Source: Octopus sinensis
Lineage: Eukaryota
Assembly: GCF_006345805.1 (NCBI RefSeq)
Contig: NC_043010.1
Coordinates: 20,460,001 to 20,524,000 of the forward strand
DNA: 64,000 nucleotides
Direction of reading: 5' to 3'
Part shown: in pieces, positions 24,480 to 37,705 of the stretch
Position numbering within the stretch: the first letter of the stretch is position 1
Layout: each line of letters opens with the position of its first letter
Translations under genes and position numbers: made by a program
Notes under the pieces: generated by a model
The model's input: only the letters and a program-made list of their open reading frames with translations
Database searches by the model: none
What the model was told of the DNA's origin: nothing

Positions 24480-25714
24480 AAAGAAGGAATAGCATGGTAC
24501 CGTAGGCTTCAGGTAGGAAGTCTGCTACACATGTAAGGCTCCAGGTGTCCCACAAAACCTGTGATAAAGAGAATAATAATAATCCTTTCTACAATAGGCA
24601 CAAGGCCTGAAATTTGTGGGGTGGGGGTAAGTAGAATACATCAACCCCAGTATGCAACTGGTACTTAATTTATCGATCTCGAAAGATTGGAAGTTTAAAG
24701 TCAACCTCAGTGGAATTTGAACTCAGAACGTAGCGACAGACAAAATACTACTACCTGCAAGGTCATGTGCTGTTTATCTTGATATGAGATCACCATGTCG
24801 CTTACATATGGTTGTGATGCATGTGTCTAGTGTACCCTTATCAGACGGGTAGTCATGATGGGTATACTGGGCTTCATATATTTTACCCCAGCGTCACTTT
24901 GATAGCATGCACTGCTCTCCCACTCAATAATAATAATAATAATAATAATAATGATAATACGACGATGACGACAACAACAACAACAACAACAACAGTCCTT
25001 ACTATTATAGGTTCAAGGTCTGAAATTTGTGGGGAGGGTGTGAGTTGATTACATTGACTCCAGTACTTGACTGGTACTTAAATTATCAACCCCAAAAGGA
25101 TGAAAGGCAAAGTCAACCTCAGCGAAATTTGAATATAGTGATACTCGTAATAATAATAGTAATAATAATAATAACGGTTTCAACTGGTACTTATTTTGTC
25201 AACCCCAGAAGGATTGAATATAAATTCAACCTTGGCTGAATTTGAACTCAAACTGTAAAGATGGACAAAATGCTCACAGTTCTACCAGTTCTCCATCTTA
25301 ATAACAATAACAACAAAAACAACAACAATAATAACAATAACAATAATAATAATAATAATAATACTTTTTATGCAAGTAGAATTGAGAATGCAAACATGGT
25401 AAACACATACACAGCAATATATAGACAAGCAAACACACGCACACAGAAATATATAGACAAGCACACACAAATACACACACACATACACACAAACACAGAA
25501 TTATAAAGTCACACACCCATGTAATTAGGAAGGAAGAGAATCTTGGTAAACATGATGCATTGTCAATATAAAGGCATTTTAGAACAATTTGCGTGTGTGT
25601 GTATGTGTGTGTGTGTGGGGCTTATGTGTGTATGCATGTGTATGTATATGTTTATGTGTGTATGTAAGTATTCATGTAGCTATGTATGCATGTATGTGAA
25701 TGTATGTAGGTGTA

Positions 25715-25770
<56 letters not shown>

Positions 25771-25778
<8 letters not shown>

Positions 25779-26330
25779 TGCATACATACATACATACATA
25801 CATACATATACATGTGTGTGTGCATGTATATATATGTACATGTGTATGTATATATGAGTGTGTTTTTGTGAATGCTTGTATGCATATATGGATATATGGA
25901 CATGTGTGTATTCATGTGTATGTATGTGTATATTATGTATTTATGTTTGTATGGATATTATATAAATGATGTATGCATGTATATACATATATGTATATGA
26001 AAGTATTTAGGTGTATGTGTGCATGTGTGTGCATGTATATTATATATATATATATATTATATGTACATGCATACATACATACATACATACATACATATAC
26101 ATGTGTGTGTGCATGTATATATATGTACATGTGTATGTATATATGAGTGTGTTTTTGTGAATGCTTGTATGCATATATGGATATATGGACATGTGTGTAT
26201 TCATGTGTATGTATGTGTATATTATGTATTTATGTTTGTATGGATATTTATATAAATGATGTATGCATGTATATACATATATGTATATGAAAGTATTTAG
26301 GTGTATGTGTGCATGTGTGTGCATGTATAT
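25771..26330. repeat. Near-perfect ~289-bp tandem duplication of degenerate (TA/TG) sequence
   Basis: Unit starts at 25771 and 26060; ORFs 25700 and 26019 share identical peptide. Confidence 0.85.
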
Positions 26331-26502
26331 ATATATATATATATATATGCGTGCGTATGTGTATATATGTGTTTTTATGTATGCATGTATGTATATTTGG
26401 ACATGTATATATTCATGTGTATGTATATATTATGTGCATATGTATTTATGTTTGTATGGATATTTACATGAATGATGTATGCATGTATATATACATATAT
26501 GA

Positions 26503-27112
26503 ATCATCATCATCATCATCGTTTAATGTCCGCTTTCGATGCTGGCATGGGTTTGATGGTTCAACTGGGGTCTGGGAAGCCTGGAGGCTGCACCAGGCCC
26601 CAATCTGATCTGGCAGTGTTTCTACAGCTAGCTGCCTTTCCTAACACCAACCACTCTGAGAATGTAGTGCTTTTTACATGCCACCGGCACAGGGGCCAGA
26701 GGAGCAGGCATTGACCATAATTGAATGGTGCTTTTTACATGCCACCAGCACGGAAGCCAATCAAAGCTGCACTGGCATCGGTCACATTCGGATGGTGCTT
26801 TTTATGTGTACTGGCACAGGGGTCACAACCACAATTTCTATTTGATTTGATTTTGATATTGCTGTTGATGTATTTGACTCAATAGGTCTCCTCAAGTATG
26901 GCATATCGCCCAACAATCCAAGGTACTTTTGAGTAGGCTGGTTGTGTGACACTGGTGTAGGTTACAGCTGTGGACTCACTTTACTTGTCGGGTCCTCTCA
27001 GTTACAGCATACCTCCAGAGGTCTGTCTCCTGTCATTGCCTCTGTGGGGCCCAACACTTGAAGGTCAAGCTTCACCCTCTCATTCCATGTCTTCCTGGGT
27101 CTCCCTCGACCC
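26503..27112 (-). mobile_element. Older RTE LINE 3' end
   Basis: GRGRPRKTWNERVKLDLQVLGPTEAMTGDR followed by 3' UTR and (TGA)n tail. Confidence 0.8.
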
Positions 27113-28109
27113 TGGATTCCAGAATGTATGTATATTCGTATGTGTTGTAGTAGTAGATGCTGTTATACACAAAATGTAAATCTAGCAAATTCCCTTGTGC
27201 CATTTTTCTCTTCAATATAGTGAACAGATTTAAGAAACCTGTTCCTGCCTAATTTCCTAAGTATAGTCCCAGACAGTTTACAATCGATTCCTGCCAAATC
27301 TTTCTCAAAGACAGTCAAAATCTCTTCACAGTTAATTTCTGCCAAGACTTCCAAAGACTTCCAATCCAGTCTTGCCAATCCATTCCAAACGAACTTTCTC
27401 ACAAACAGTTCCAAATTCAGCTCAACCATTTACTGCCAAACTGTCCAATGAGACTGTTTAAACATTCACCAAGACCTGTCTTGCCTTTTGAATGGACAGA
27501 ATGGAATGGAACTTTCCTTGGAATAGAATATCAGTAAATGAGCCAAAGCTCTCAGACCAATCTACTTGATGATGACCAACCAATTCTTGCAGAAAGCATT
27601 CACAGTGAAGGTTCTCAGAAGTCTGCTATAAGGCCTCTTGACCTCTTAGAAATAGTTGCCAAATCTCTCTCAAAGAACTATCTTAAAATAGGAAAGATAC
27701 ATTGAAAAATGTAATCCGAGATACATTTGTATTTGGTAATAAAGAACGTGGTTTATATCTTGAACATCATTGTTAGGCTCCTCAGTGTTTTAGTTTAAGT
27801 GAAGCTGACTGGAACCGAAAAGACAGCAACAAGAACAACAACAACAATCGTTTCTGTTATTGGCAGAAGACCTGGAATTCTGGTTGAAGAAGTTGGATGA
27901 TTACATCGACCCCCTCTCCAATGGTCTTCTTTCCCTGATCCGGAAAGGATGAAAAGCAAAGGCAAAGTCTACCTCGTCTGAATTCAAACACAGAACATAA
28001 AGCTAGAGGAAATGCTGCTAAGCATTTTGTCTGGTGAGCAAACAATTCTGCCATCTTGCCACCACCATACCACCACCACCACCACTCCTCTGCTCTGCCT
28101 GACTCAACC

Positions 28110-28580
28110 ACGATTCATTTCAGCGTAATTTAGTGAAGCTCAACTTGATATTGTTTAGATCAGCTCAGCTAGGCTTTACTCAGTTTGATATTAAGCTAAA
28201 TTGGTTAAACTCAGCCCAGTTCAGCTTAGCTCAGCTTGGTCCAGCTCAGCTTAATTTTGCTCAGGTTAGTTTAAATCAGCTCAGCTCTAGTCTGCTTGGT
28301 GAAATTCCGTATAGTTCGACAGAGCTTGCCTTGATTTGTCTCAGCTTAATCTAAATTAACACTAATTGGTAGAGCTTGGATTGGTAGTGCTCAGTTCTGC
28401 TTGACTCAGCTTAACAAGGTCAGCACTTCTTGGGCAGAACTTAGCTTGCTTCTACTCAGCTCAGCTCAGTTTCACCTGCTCAGTTCCCGACTTGGTTTAT
28501 TGTTTACTTAGATTCATCTCATCTCAGTTCAGTTTCATTTCTCTTGGTTCCTTCTCCTCAGTTCATCTCACTCAGCTTCC
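28110..28580. repeat. Degenerate (CTCAG/CTTAG)n pentamer repeat
   Basis: Recurrent ctcag/cttag/ttcag units. Confidence 0.75.
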
Positions 28581-28908
28581 CCAGTCACACTCATCATAGT
28601 CCATTATTTTTCCCTTTTGATACAGCCGCCATCATGATGATCAATGACTCATTTCTCCTATAATTAAACATCTCTCTCCTAATTAATATTACTGAAGATT
28701 AATATTTCTCATTCATTCAGTTATTTCTGCTTACTCTCTTTCCATCCCTTCATCCATTATTATTATTATTATTAATCTACTTTAGTAACCAAAAATAATA
28801 GCACTGCAGACTTCTTTTTCTTTTGAACAACAAATAAATTGCTTAACCACCTTCCCTTTTCTTTTCCTTCTGTATATTTCCATTATTATTATTATTATTA
28901 TTATTATA

Positions 28909-28956
<48 letters not shown>

Positions 28957-28957
28957 T

Positions 28958-29165
28958 GGTGGTGAGTTGGCAGAACTGTTAGCACATCAGACTTTTTAAC
29001 GGATTTTGTCTGTCTTTATGTTCTGAGTTCAAATTCTGTCGAGGCTGACTTTGCCTCTCATCCTTTCAGGGTCGATAAATTAAGTACCAGTGAAACACTG
29101 GGGTCGATGTCATTGACTAGTCCCCACCTCCAATATTTCAGGCCTTGTGCCTTTAGTAGAAAGGA
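28958..29165 (+). mobile_element. SINE family C
   Basis: Homologous to 42786-43005; follows (TTA)n. Confidence 0.8.
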
Positions 29166-29169
29166 TTAT

Positions 29170-29600
29170 TTGCACTGCTGGCCTCCTTCAGTCAGGCAGC
29201 CAAGGCAGTTTCCCTTTGCTTGGTGGTTGTGGAGAAAAGAGGTTGTTTGGTGGACAAAGGTGAAATGCACAAGGACAGATAGATTCCTGTTGGTAGAGCT
29301 CTCAATGACTTCTTCAAGTTTCACTTGAAGAGGAAATTGAGAGTGGAGAGGGAAGTACTGTCCTCAAGTGAATTTATTGAAAGGTAGGTGAAAGTTGCAG
29401 AAATGGCAAGAGAGGATGGTATCTCTCTAAGTGTAGATCTGTGAGTCAGAGAGAAGGAATTGGAGAGGGCACTTGCTCCTAGGGTTTCAGGGAAATCTCG
29501 GACCGTAGGGTTCCTCGATTATCCTTAGGGGCCTTCCTGTATCAGAAGGGCCACATCTCTATCATCCTCCACACCACATTTTTGTAACCTTTTGTATGTC
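29170..29600 (+). pseudogene. Tx1/L1-like LINE ORF2 C-terminal relic plus 3' UTR
   Basis: KEVVWWTKVK..ALNDFFKFHLKRKLRVEREVLSSSEFIER*VKVAEMAR. Confidence 0.55.
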
Positions 29601-29620
29601 ATGCGTATGTCCATTCAGAC

Positions 29621-30183
29621 ATGCAGGAAGTAAATAGACAACTTTAATTTTCAAAATTTCTAATCTAAGCGTCTTAATATGTTTTCAGCAGTGTAGAATT
29701 TACAATGTAATTATTCTTTTTCATTCCAGGTGCCATTATATTAAACATGTGCGAAGAGTAACCATGCCACGCACAAAAAATTCAGCAGAACTGTCAGATT
29801 TTCAAGGAGGTCGTATTGTTGGGCAATCTGAGGCTGGTCTTAGCCAGTGAAAAATTGCCGAAAATCTTAAAATTCCTCTTGCTACTGTTAATAGAATTAT
29901 AGTGCAATTCAAAAGCCAAGGAAAAGAATCAACAGATTCTCATCCCGGCTGACCTGGGCCCTCGAAAAGGAAGCTTCGTTGTTTGAAGAGAATTGTGGAA
30001 AACGAACCTCCTTCGAAGGCTTCTGACATTTTAAAACAGCTAGAAGTTAGTCCAAGAATGTGTGTTACATATCTGCATAAGCTTGGGTATTATAAGGAGC
30101 AGCTAGAAGAAAACCTCTTCTTCAACCAATTAATATAAAATAAAAGATTTTGAAAATTAAAGGAGTCTATTTACTTCCTGCAT
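29621..30183 (+). mobile_element. Internally deleted Tc1-like transposon
   Basis: 37-bp TIRs at 29621-29657 and 30147-30183 (2 mismatches); from ATG 29764: [49 protein letters not shown], a Tc1 paired-like HTH; DDE region absent. Confidence 0.85.
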
Positions 30184-30464
30184 ACACTTTATGTGTATAC
30201 ACTTTATGTCTGGCAAATAAATTAAAGCTTTATCATTATCATCATTATTATTATTATTATTATTATTGTCTGTTTATGTAACCCCACATTGCATTGTCCT
30301 GTACCATCCCCAATGTCATTTTTGTCAGCCCTTATTGGTAAACAAAGAAAGCATTGTTGGCATTGCCATCGCCATCATTGTTGCCGCCACTGCCGCCGCC
30401 GCCGACGCCGACGCCGCCACCACCATCACCACCACCACCACCACCACCACCACCACCACCATCA

Positions 30465-30494
<30 letters not shown>

Positions 30495-30495
<1 letters not shown>

Positions 30496-30710
30496 GGTAG
30501 TGAGCAGGCAGAATTGTTAGCACACCGAGTGAAATGCTTAGCAGTATTTTGTCTGTTTTCACATTCTGAGTTCAAATTCCACTGAAGTCAACTTTGCCTT
30601 TCATCTTGTTGGGGGTTGATAAAATAAGTACCAGTTGCATACTGGGGTCGATGTACTCAACTGATCCCTCCTCCAAAATTTCAGCCCTTGTGGCAAAATT
30701 TGAAACCATT
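30495..30710 (+). mobile_element. SINE family C
   Basis: Homologous to 42786-43005. Confidence 0.8.
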
Positions 30711-31592
30711 ATTATTATTGCTGTTGTTGTTGTTGTTAGGCCAGACGTAATGTAAAAGTGATACAATGCATGAAATCGGTAAAATTACAGGCATAATATT
30801 TAGTGTTGCATGGTTGTTATTTCTAGCACTTCAATTAGCTGCTTAGTAGTGCCACTCTCCATTGTGTGGGTTGATTAAGTACAACTTAATCATGTCTTGC
30901 AGCAGCTAATTGAACCCAGGAAGTTCTTTTATTTGGGGTCAGCTGTAAATGTTTTGACTGCACTGGGATCTGGTGGGGGTTAAAACAAGATAAGGCATCA
31001 TTGTCATCATCATCATCATCATTATACCACTGCCGGCATCACTGTCATCATCATCATTGTAGTCATCATCATCATCACTCACACCACCATCATCTTTCAT
31101 CATCATCATCATCATCACAATGATCATTATCATCAGTGTTTCCCCCCACCACCACCATTACCAATATAATGATGATGATAATGACAATAATAACAAAGGA
31201 TTGGGGTTACCAGGAGCCATCTCCTCCTCATCATCATCATCATCAATATTTTCATTTGTTGTTCTTGTCATTGTCGTGGTCATCATCATCAGTATGAACA
31301 CAACCACCACCACCACCACCACCACCACTGCTACTGCCTCTGCTGCCACCACTGCTGCTTCCACCACTGCAGCTGCTGCCAGCTCCGGCACCACCGCTGC
31401 CGCCGCCACCACCACTGCTACTGCCTCTGCTGCCACCAGTGCTGCTGCTGCTACTGCTGCTTCCACTGCTGCAGCTACTGCCACCACCACCACTGTCACC
31501 ACCGCCGCCGCCGCCACCACCACCACCACATCACTGTCGTCATCATCGTCATCATTATTATAGTCATTACAAGGTATTATTTTTTCTTTTAT

Positions 31593-31990
31593 TCTTTTAC
31601 TTGTTTCAGTCATTTGACTGCGGCCATACTGGAGCACCACCTTTAGTCGAGCAATTCAACCCCAGGACTTATTCTTTGTAAGCCTGGTACTTATTCTGTT
31701 GGCCTCTTTCACTGAACTGCTAAGTTATGGGGATGTAAACACACCAACACTGGTTGTCAAGCGATATTGTGGGGACCAACACAGACACACAAAGATTTAC
31801 ATTCATATATATATATATATACAATGGGCTTCCTTCAGTTTCTCTCTACCAAATCCACTCACAAAGTTTTGGCTGTCCCAAGGCTATAGATAGTAGAAGA
31901 CACTTGCTCAAGGTGACACACAGTAGGACTGAACCCGGAACTATTTTGTTGGGAAGCAAGCTTCTTACCACACAGCCACTCCTGCACCTA
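31593..31990 (-). mobile_element. SINE family A, full length
   Basis: Reverse complement of 18541-18987. Confidence 0.85.
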
Positions 31991-32532
31991 TTTTGACTCT
32001 CTTTTAATTTAAAAAGCAAAAAATTTGCTACACATCTTACATTCTTCACATATCTTGCCTTCCTCAGATGTGTGTCTGTGTGTGTGTGTGTGTGTGTGTC
32101 TGCCTCCCCCATTTCGTTTTGCTGGAAGATCAGCTTTTTATCTTCCTCTCCATCTTTCATTATTTTCTGTTGATTTAAAAAGAAAATTCTATTTTCATTA
32201 GGCCTTATCTCGCTTTCATTCCCAGACAGCTCTGTCTCTCCTCCCAGACTATTCTCACACCTACAAATATCAGCAAGCTCGTTTTTCCTTTTCCTTCTTC
32301 CTTTTTCCCCAGCGTTCCTCTATGCGTCTCTCAATTCCTTTCTTCTCCTTCTAAAACAATTGATATTTTGCCTGCAACCCTGAGGCATTTATTCACACAG
32401 GCCTTAGTATAAATTCAATCTTTGCCAAAACTGAACAACTAAAATCATTTGTCTAAACACTGACGACCCTCTGACTTCAAACTCCTATTCTCTCTCTTTA
32501 GGCACCATTTCCAAAATGTAGGACGTAGCCTA

Positions 32533-33010
32533 TCATGTCCTGCCACAATTCTCTGTTCTTTGTTTTCTGTAACACTTCCACTTCCTGATGCTTAATGCTG
32601 CTTTTCTTCCAACCAGTTCACCAAGCTTCACCTCCATACCATTCCTTCTTCCTCTGTTTCTTTTCCTTTCAATCTTTCTGGTTGTTGCTAAATTCCCCAG
32701 GTCCTCTTTCGTCATCACATGATCAAGAAATCTCAATTACTTGGCCCTTATCTCATGAAGTGGTCTCCTATCTGCTGTAATCTCTCCATGCTATCCTCAA
32801 CATACTCCTTAAAGACCACATTTCACAGCTCTCCAAGCGCCTCATTTTTGATAGTATAGACCATTCCTCACTTTCAAACATTAACACAGAGCAGTCACAG
32901 TATTTCGACACATAGGATTTGGTCTTGATGCTTAAGTTACCGTTTCTCAAGATGTTATCCAATTTTCAGAATACAGATTTTGCCAGCATGATTCATCTTT
33001 TGATCTCCTT
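32533..33010 (-). pseudogene. Old RTE (BovB-like) ORF2 C-terminal relic
   Basis: LSIKTK..VLMFESEEW..RRLESCEMWSLRSMLRIAW and RFLDHVM..KIERKRNRGR. Confidence 0.7.
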
Positions 33011-33316
33011 CACAGGAACTTGATATCATGGTTTGATTCCCAGACCAAGCAGTGCATTGTGTTCTTGAACAAAACACTTCATTTCAGTGTTGCTCCAGTC
33101 CATTCAGCTGTAAATGGGTCACTCCCGCAATGGAATAGCCTTCTGATCAGGAGCAATGTTGGTCTGCTCGCCTAGCCAGGAAGGTGGCATTGTTTGAAAG
33201 TTAAAATGATGCAAAGCACATTGTGATCAGCGATGTATAACAATGTCCGAAATCAAGTGATATATGTGTGTGTGTGTTTGTGTGTGTGTGCATGTGTGTG
33301 TGTAAGTATGTATGTA

Positions 33317-33882
33317 CAGGGTGTGGTGAATAAACTATCATCTAAATTACGCAAAAATGAAAATAACACTGACATCTCATTTTAACAGATATATTTACCA
33401 AAATTACATAAAAATATCTTGAAATACTAAATGTAAATTTATTCAGTAGAATTGCCATTGGCTTCAAACAATACACATGCACGAGATTAAAAAGATAATA
33501 TGGCGACAATTTACCCATTGCACCCCAAACATCTGGCCACCTAACTCCCCAGACTGAAACCTTCTTGATTATTATGTGTGGGGAGCAGTTGAGCGAGAGA
33601 CCAACAAAACTGTTTGTAACACCAAAGATGAACTGAAGGCAAAGATTATGGCAGCATTCACCAACTTAAACAAGGAAACCAACTAGAAGAGTTGCAGGAG
33701 ATTCTGAAGTCGCCTGGAGGCCATGGTTGGAACTAATGGCGATTTTATTGAATAAATGTACTCTTTAGTATTTCAAGATTTTTAATGTAATTTTGGTAAA
33801 TATACTGTATCTGTTAAAATCAGATGTCAGTGTTATTTTCATTTTTATGTAATTTAGACAACAGTTTATTCATCGCACCCGG
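33317..33882. mobile_element. Rearranged derivative of the DD37D/maT transposon
   Basis: Both ends homologous to 49120-49255; internal IWPPNSPD*NLLDYYVWG; flanked by TA. Confidence 0.8.
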
Positions 33883-34307
33883 TATGTATACACATACAAT
33901 GGGCTTCTTCCAGTTTCTATCTTTCAAATCCACTCACAAGACTTTGGTCAGACTGGGGCTATAATAAAAGACACTTGCTCAAGGTGTTGCACTGTGGGAC
34001 TGAACTCAAAACCACATGGTTGGGAAACAAGCTTCTTAACTCAGCAGAGACTAAGCAGAGTTGATGGAATTAACAATGGTTACTGCATGGATCCCTAGTG
34101 GACCGAAAGTGAAAGTAGGCTCTGTTAGAACTTTAACTAAATATGCAGAGTGACAAAAGTAAATATGCCATGTGATTAATTCCCAAACATGTGATCGCTT
34201 CTGCTACTTAATTATTTTCTTTACTGAATAAATAATTATTATGTAATCTGTCTTGGAGCACGTGTGTGCCTATGTATATGTATATTGTATATATGCGTGT
34301 ACATTTG

Positions 34308-34360
<53 letters not shown>

Positions 34361-34525
34361 ATACACACACACACACACACGCACACACACTTATGGTGTG
34401 TTATAATCAGAAATGGCCGTGTTATTAAGAATTTGCTTCTCAACTGCAAGACCTTGGGTTCAGCTGCCCTGCAAAGTATCAAAGACAAAGATGGTCTGAT
34501 GTACTGTATAGCAAGGAATGGTAAT

Positions 34526-34527
<2 letters not shown>

Positions 34528-34602
<75 letters not shown>

Positions 34603-34637
34603 GATACATACATATATATATATATATAGATACATAC

Positions 34638-34677
<40 letters not shown>

Positions 34678-34859
34678 ACGCATATATATACATACATATA
34701 CATACATATATATATACACATATATATACATATATATACATACATATATATATACACATATATATACATATATATACATACATATATATATACACATATA
34801 TATACATATATATACATACATATATATATACACATATATATACATATATATACATACAT

Positions 34860-34895
<36 letters not shown>

Positions 34896-34903
34896 TACAT
34901 ACA

Positions 34904-34934
<31 letters not shown>

Positions 34935-34938
34935 ATAC

Positions 34939-34981
<43 letters not shown>

Positions 34982-35010
34982 CATTCACATACATATATAA
35001 ATACATACAT
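34528..35010. repeat. (TA)n/(TACA)n compound microsatellite
   Basis: Direct inspection. Confidence 0.95.
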
Positions 35011-35013
35011 AGC

Positions 35014-35290
35014 TAAAGAAACTGAAGCAGATTCTCCAAATCCAATCTATTAGTAGCGCTGTAAAGATTTGTAAGACACTCCAAAGATTTTCCTTCTGAG
35101 AGTCTTTTGATGAACAGCTGTACTCATTTGGATGCCTGCACCGATAGTTCGACTCACACACCAACTCAACCACATATCAGCAATCACGAGGAACTCCCTC
35201 AACTCAAAACATTTTGTCACTTTGTTAATGACCAGCTTGGACTCTCTCAACAAGAAGAACTGAAGTAAAACCCAAAGAAAAATTATACTT
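35014..35290 (+). pseudogene. RLE-type LINE extreme C-terminus plus probable 3' UTR
   Basis: [27 protein letters not shown], homologous to the peptide at 57841-57925; follows atacatacat. Confidence 0.55.
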
Positions 35291-35304
35291 ATAGTTCAGG
35301 ATTA

Positions 35305-35417
35305 TACATGGTTCAGGATTCAGTCCCACTACGTGGCACTTTGGGCATACTATAGCCTCAGGCCGACCAAAGCCTTGCGAGTGGATTTGGTAGATGGAAA
35401 CTGAAAGAAGCCCATCG

Positions 35418-35498
<81 letters not shown>

Positions 35499-35760
35499 GT
35501 GGTGTGTGTGTGTGTTGTGTGTGTGTGGTGTGTGTGTGTGTGTTGGTGTGTCTGTATTTGTCCCCACAACATTGCTTGACAACCGATGCTGGTGTGTTTA
35601 CATCCCCGTAACTTAGCGGTTCGGCAAAAGAGACCATTAGAATAAGTACTAGGCTTACAAAGATTAAGTCCTGGGGTTGATTTGCTCAACTAAAGGCGGT
35701 GCTCCAGCATGGCCACAGTCAAATGACTGAAACAAGTAAAAGACTAAAGAGTAAAGAGTT
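35305..35760 (+). mobile_element. SINE family A, 5'-truncated
   Basis: Homologous to 18580-18987. Confidence 0.85.
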
Positions 35761-36165
35761 ACATATATGACACACTTTCACATACACACACACACACACA
35801 CACTCACAGACAAGCAGACACACACACAAGCACATGCAGGCTTATAGAATGGTAAGAGGTAAATGCTGTATGAGTAAAATTATTTGGATGGCTTCCAAGA
35901 GATGAAGAACCGATTTACACTTCTTCTCATTCACTAACTTTCATATCTATCTTGGACAAGGCTTTATGCTCACATACACACACATACATGCTCACACGTG
36001 TGCATGCGCATGCACATACACAATGCACAGGTATACATTGATATGTGAATGTGTATGCATATATTCATGTATATGTATGTGTATATATATATGTATATAT
36101 ATATATGTATGTATATATATATGTGTGTGTGTGTGTGTATATATATATACATATACATGTATAAG

Positions 36166-36201
<36 letters not shown>

Positions 36202-36203
36202 TA

Positions 36204-36245
<42 letters not shown>

Positions 36246-37108
36246 TATGTGTATATATATATATATATGTATGTATAGGTTTCCTTTATATTATATGTAT
36301 AACTATCTATCTATCTTTCTATCTATCTATGTATCAATTGATATCTGCTTATTCATACGCACACACATACATGCCATAGAAACTGGCAAACGAACCGTAT
36401 AAGTCTACATCACTCAGCAAGGAACTTTACTTCTTCTAAGAAACATTGTTAATCATATAGATAAAAAATTCTAGAAAGTTGAATGGAATGTTAAACTTCC
36501 ACCTGCCAATCAGCCATTTGTAATGAGTGGATGACAGTAAAACCACAGCAGTGGCACAGTGCACTAATAGCTGATTGCAATTATGTAAAACATCAAAGCC
36601 AAAACTATGATCTTATATTCTATGTGGTGATTCTCTTGACCAAATGAAAAACAACTGTACAGTTGATGACAAAGAAGATAAATTCGAAATATGGCAATTC
36701 CATAATGTAGTTTATTTCCAGTAGATTTATGGCCAAATACTTTATTCCAATTTGCTGTCAGGATATTGTATTTACAGACACAGAATCATAAATTTTCCAG
36801 GGTAAAACTACCTTGAAATATCTTCCAAATGGTGTATGATGAAATATGTTATATATACTTGTAAACTTGGGGTGTATTTTATGCTAGACTGGGCCTTATA
36901 TGCCAACAAATACAGTATATATGTGTGTATGTGTGTAAGTATAAGTACTTATATATAAGGTGTATATATGTGTGTATATATGTGTGTATACATACATACA
37001 TATATATATTTTTTTTCTGAACGATCAGGCTATCAGATGTTGCTACACATCGCTGGTCACAATGCACTTCGCATTGTTTTAGCCTGCAAATGATGCCACC
37101 CCGCTGGT

Positions 37109-37143
<35 letters not shown>

Positions 37144-37294
37144 TATGAGAGGTAATGGTGTCAGTAAGACCCAAAGGTGTTAGGTAATGCTATAAGTAAG
37201 TGCTATGGATGGACTATAGTTAAGCTCCAGGTTCAGTGATTTTGCGAATGAGGAGTCCATTGTAGGTCATATATCAGCATGTGTATATATAAAA

Positions 37295-37666
37295 AAATTT
37301 AACAGAATGAGATAAAAATCCAAGGCTGTGAAAGATTTGAGAACATTTATAAAGAGAAGATCTTACAGCTGTTTCCGGGATATTTTATATATCCCTTCAT
37401 TGGAGACAGTGTGAGAAAATGGTTAAGCAATAGTTATTCTAGAGAAGATATGAAACAGAGAGTGAAGTAGAGGAATGAAAATAGACATGAGATATGCAGG
37501 GATATTGTAGTTCATTATTCAGGCAGAATGGTGTATATATATATATAAGATTCCTCTACCTTGTAAGTTCCAATAGTATTTAAAATTGGGCATTCCAAGC
37601 ATATAGTTTGTAAACGGTGTTATTGAATTGAGTTTTTTTTTTCACAGCCTTGGATTTTATCTCATC

Positions 37667-37672
<6 letters not shown>
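37295..37672 (-). mobile_element. Penelope-like fragment with inverted terminal segment and degenerate HHR (37360-37407)
   Basis: 37305-37333 is inverted relative to 37640-37666; minus strand reads GUCU CCAAUGA A GGGAUAU-AUAAA-AUAUCCC G GAAA CAGCUG UA AGAU. Confidence 0.6.

Positions 37673-37705
<33 letters not shown>

Noticed and set aside
27150-27620. Possible CR1-like relic or host exon (ORF 27163-27429)
   Set aside because: Only faint motif resemblance with many stops; cannot be assigned without a search
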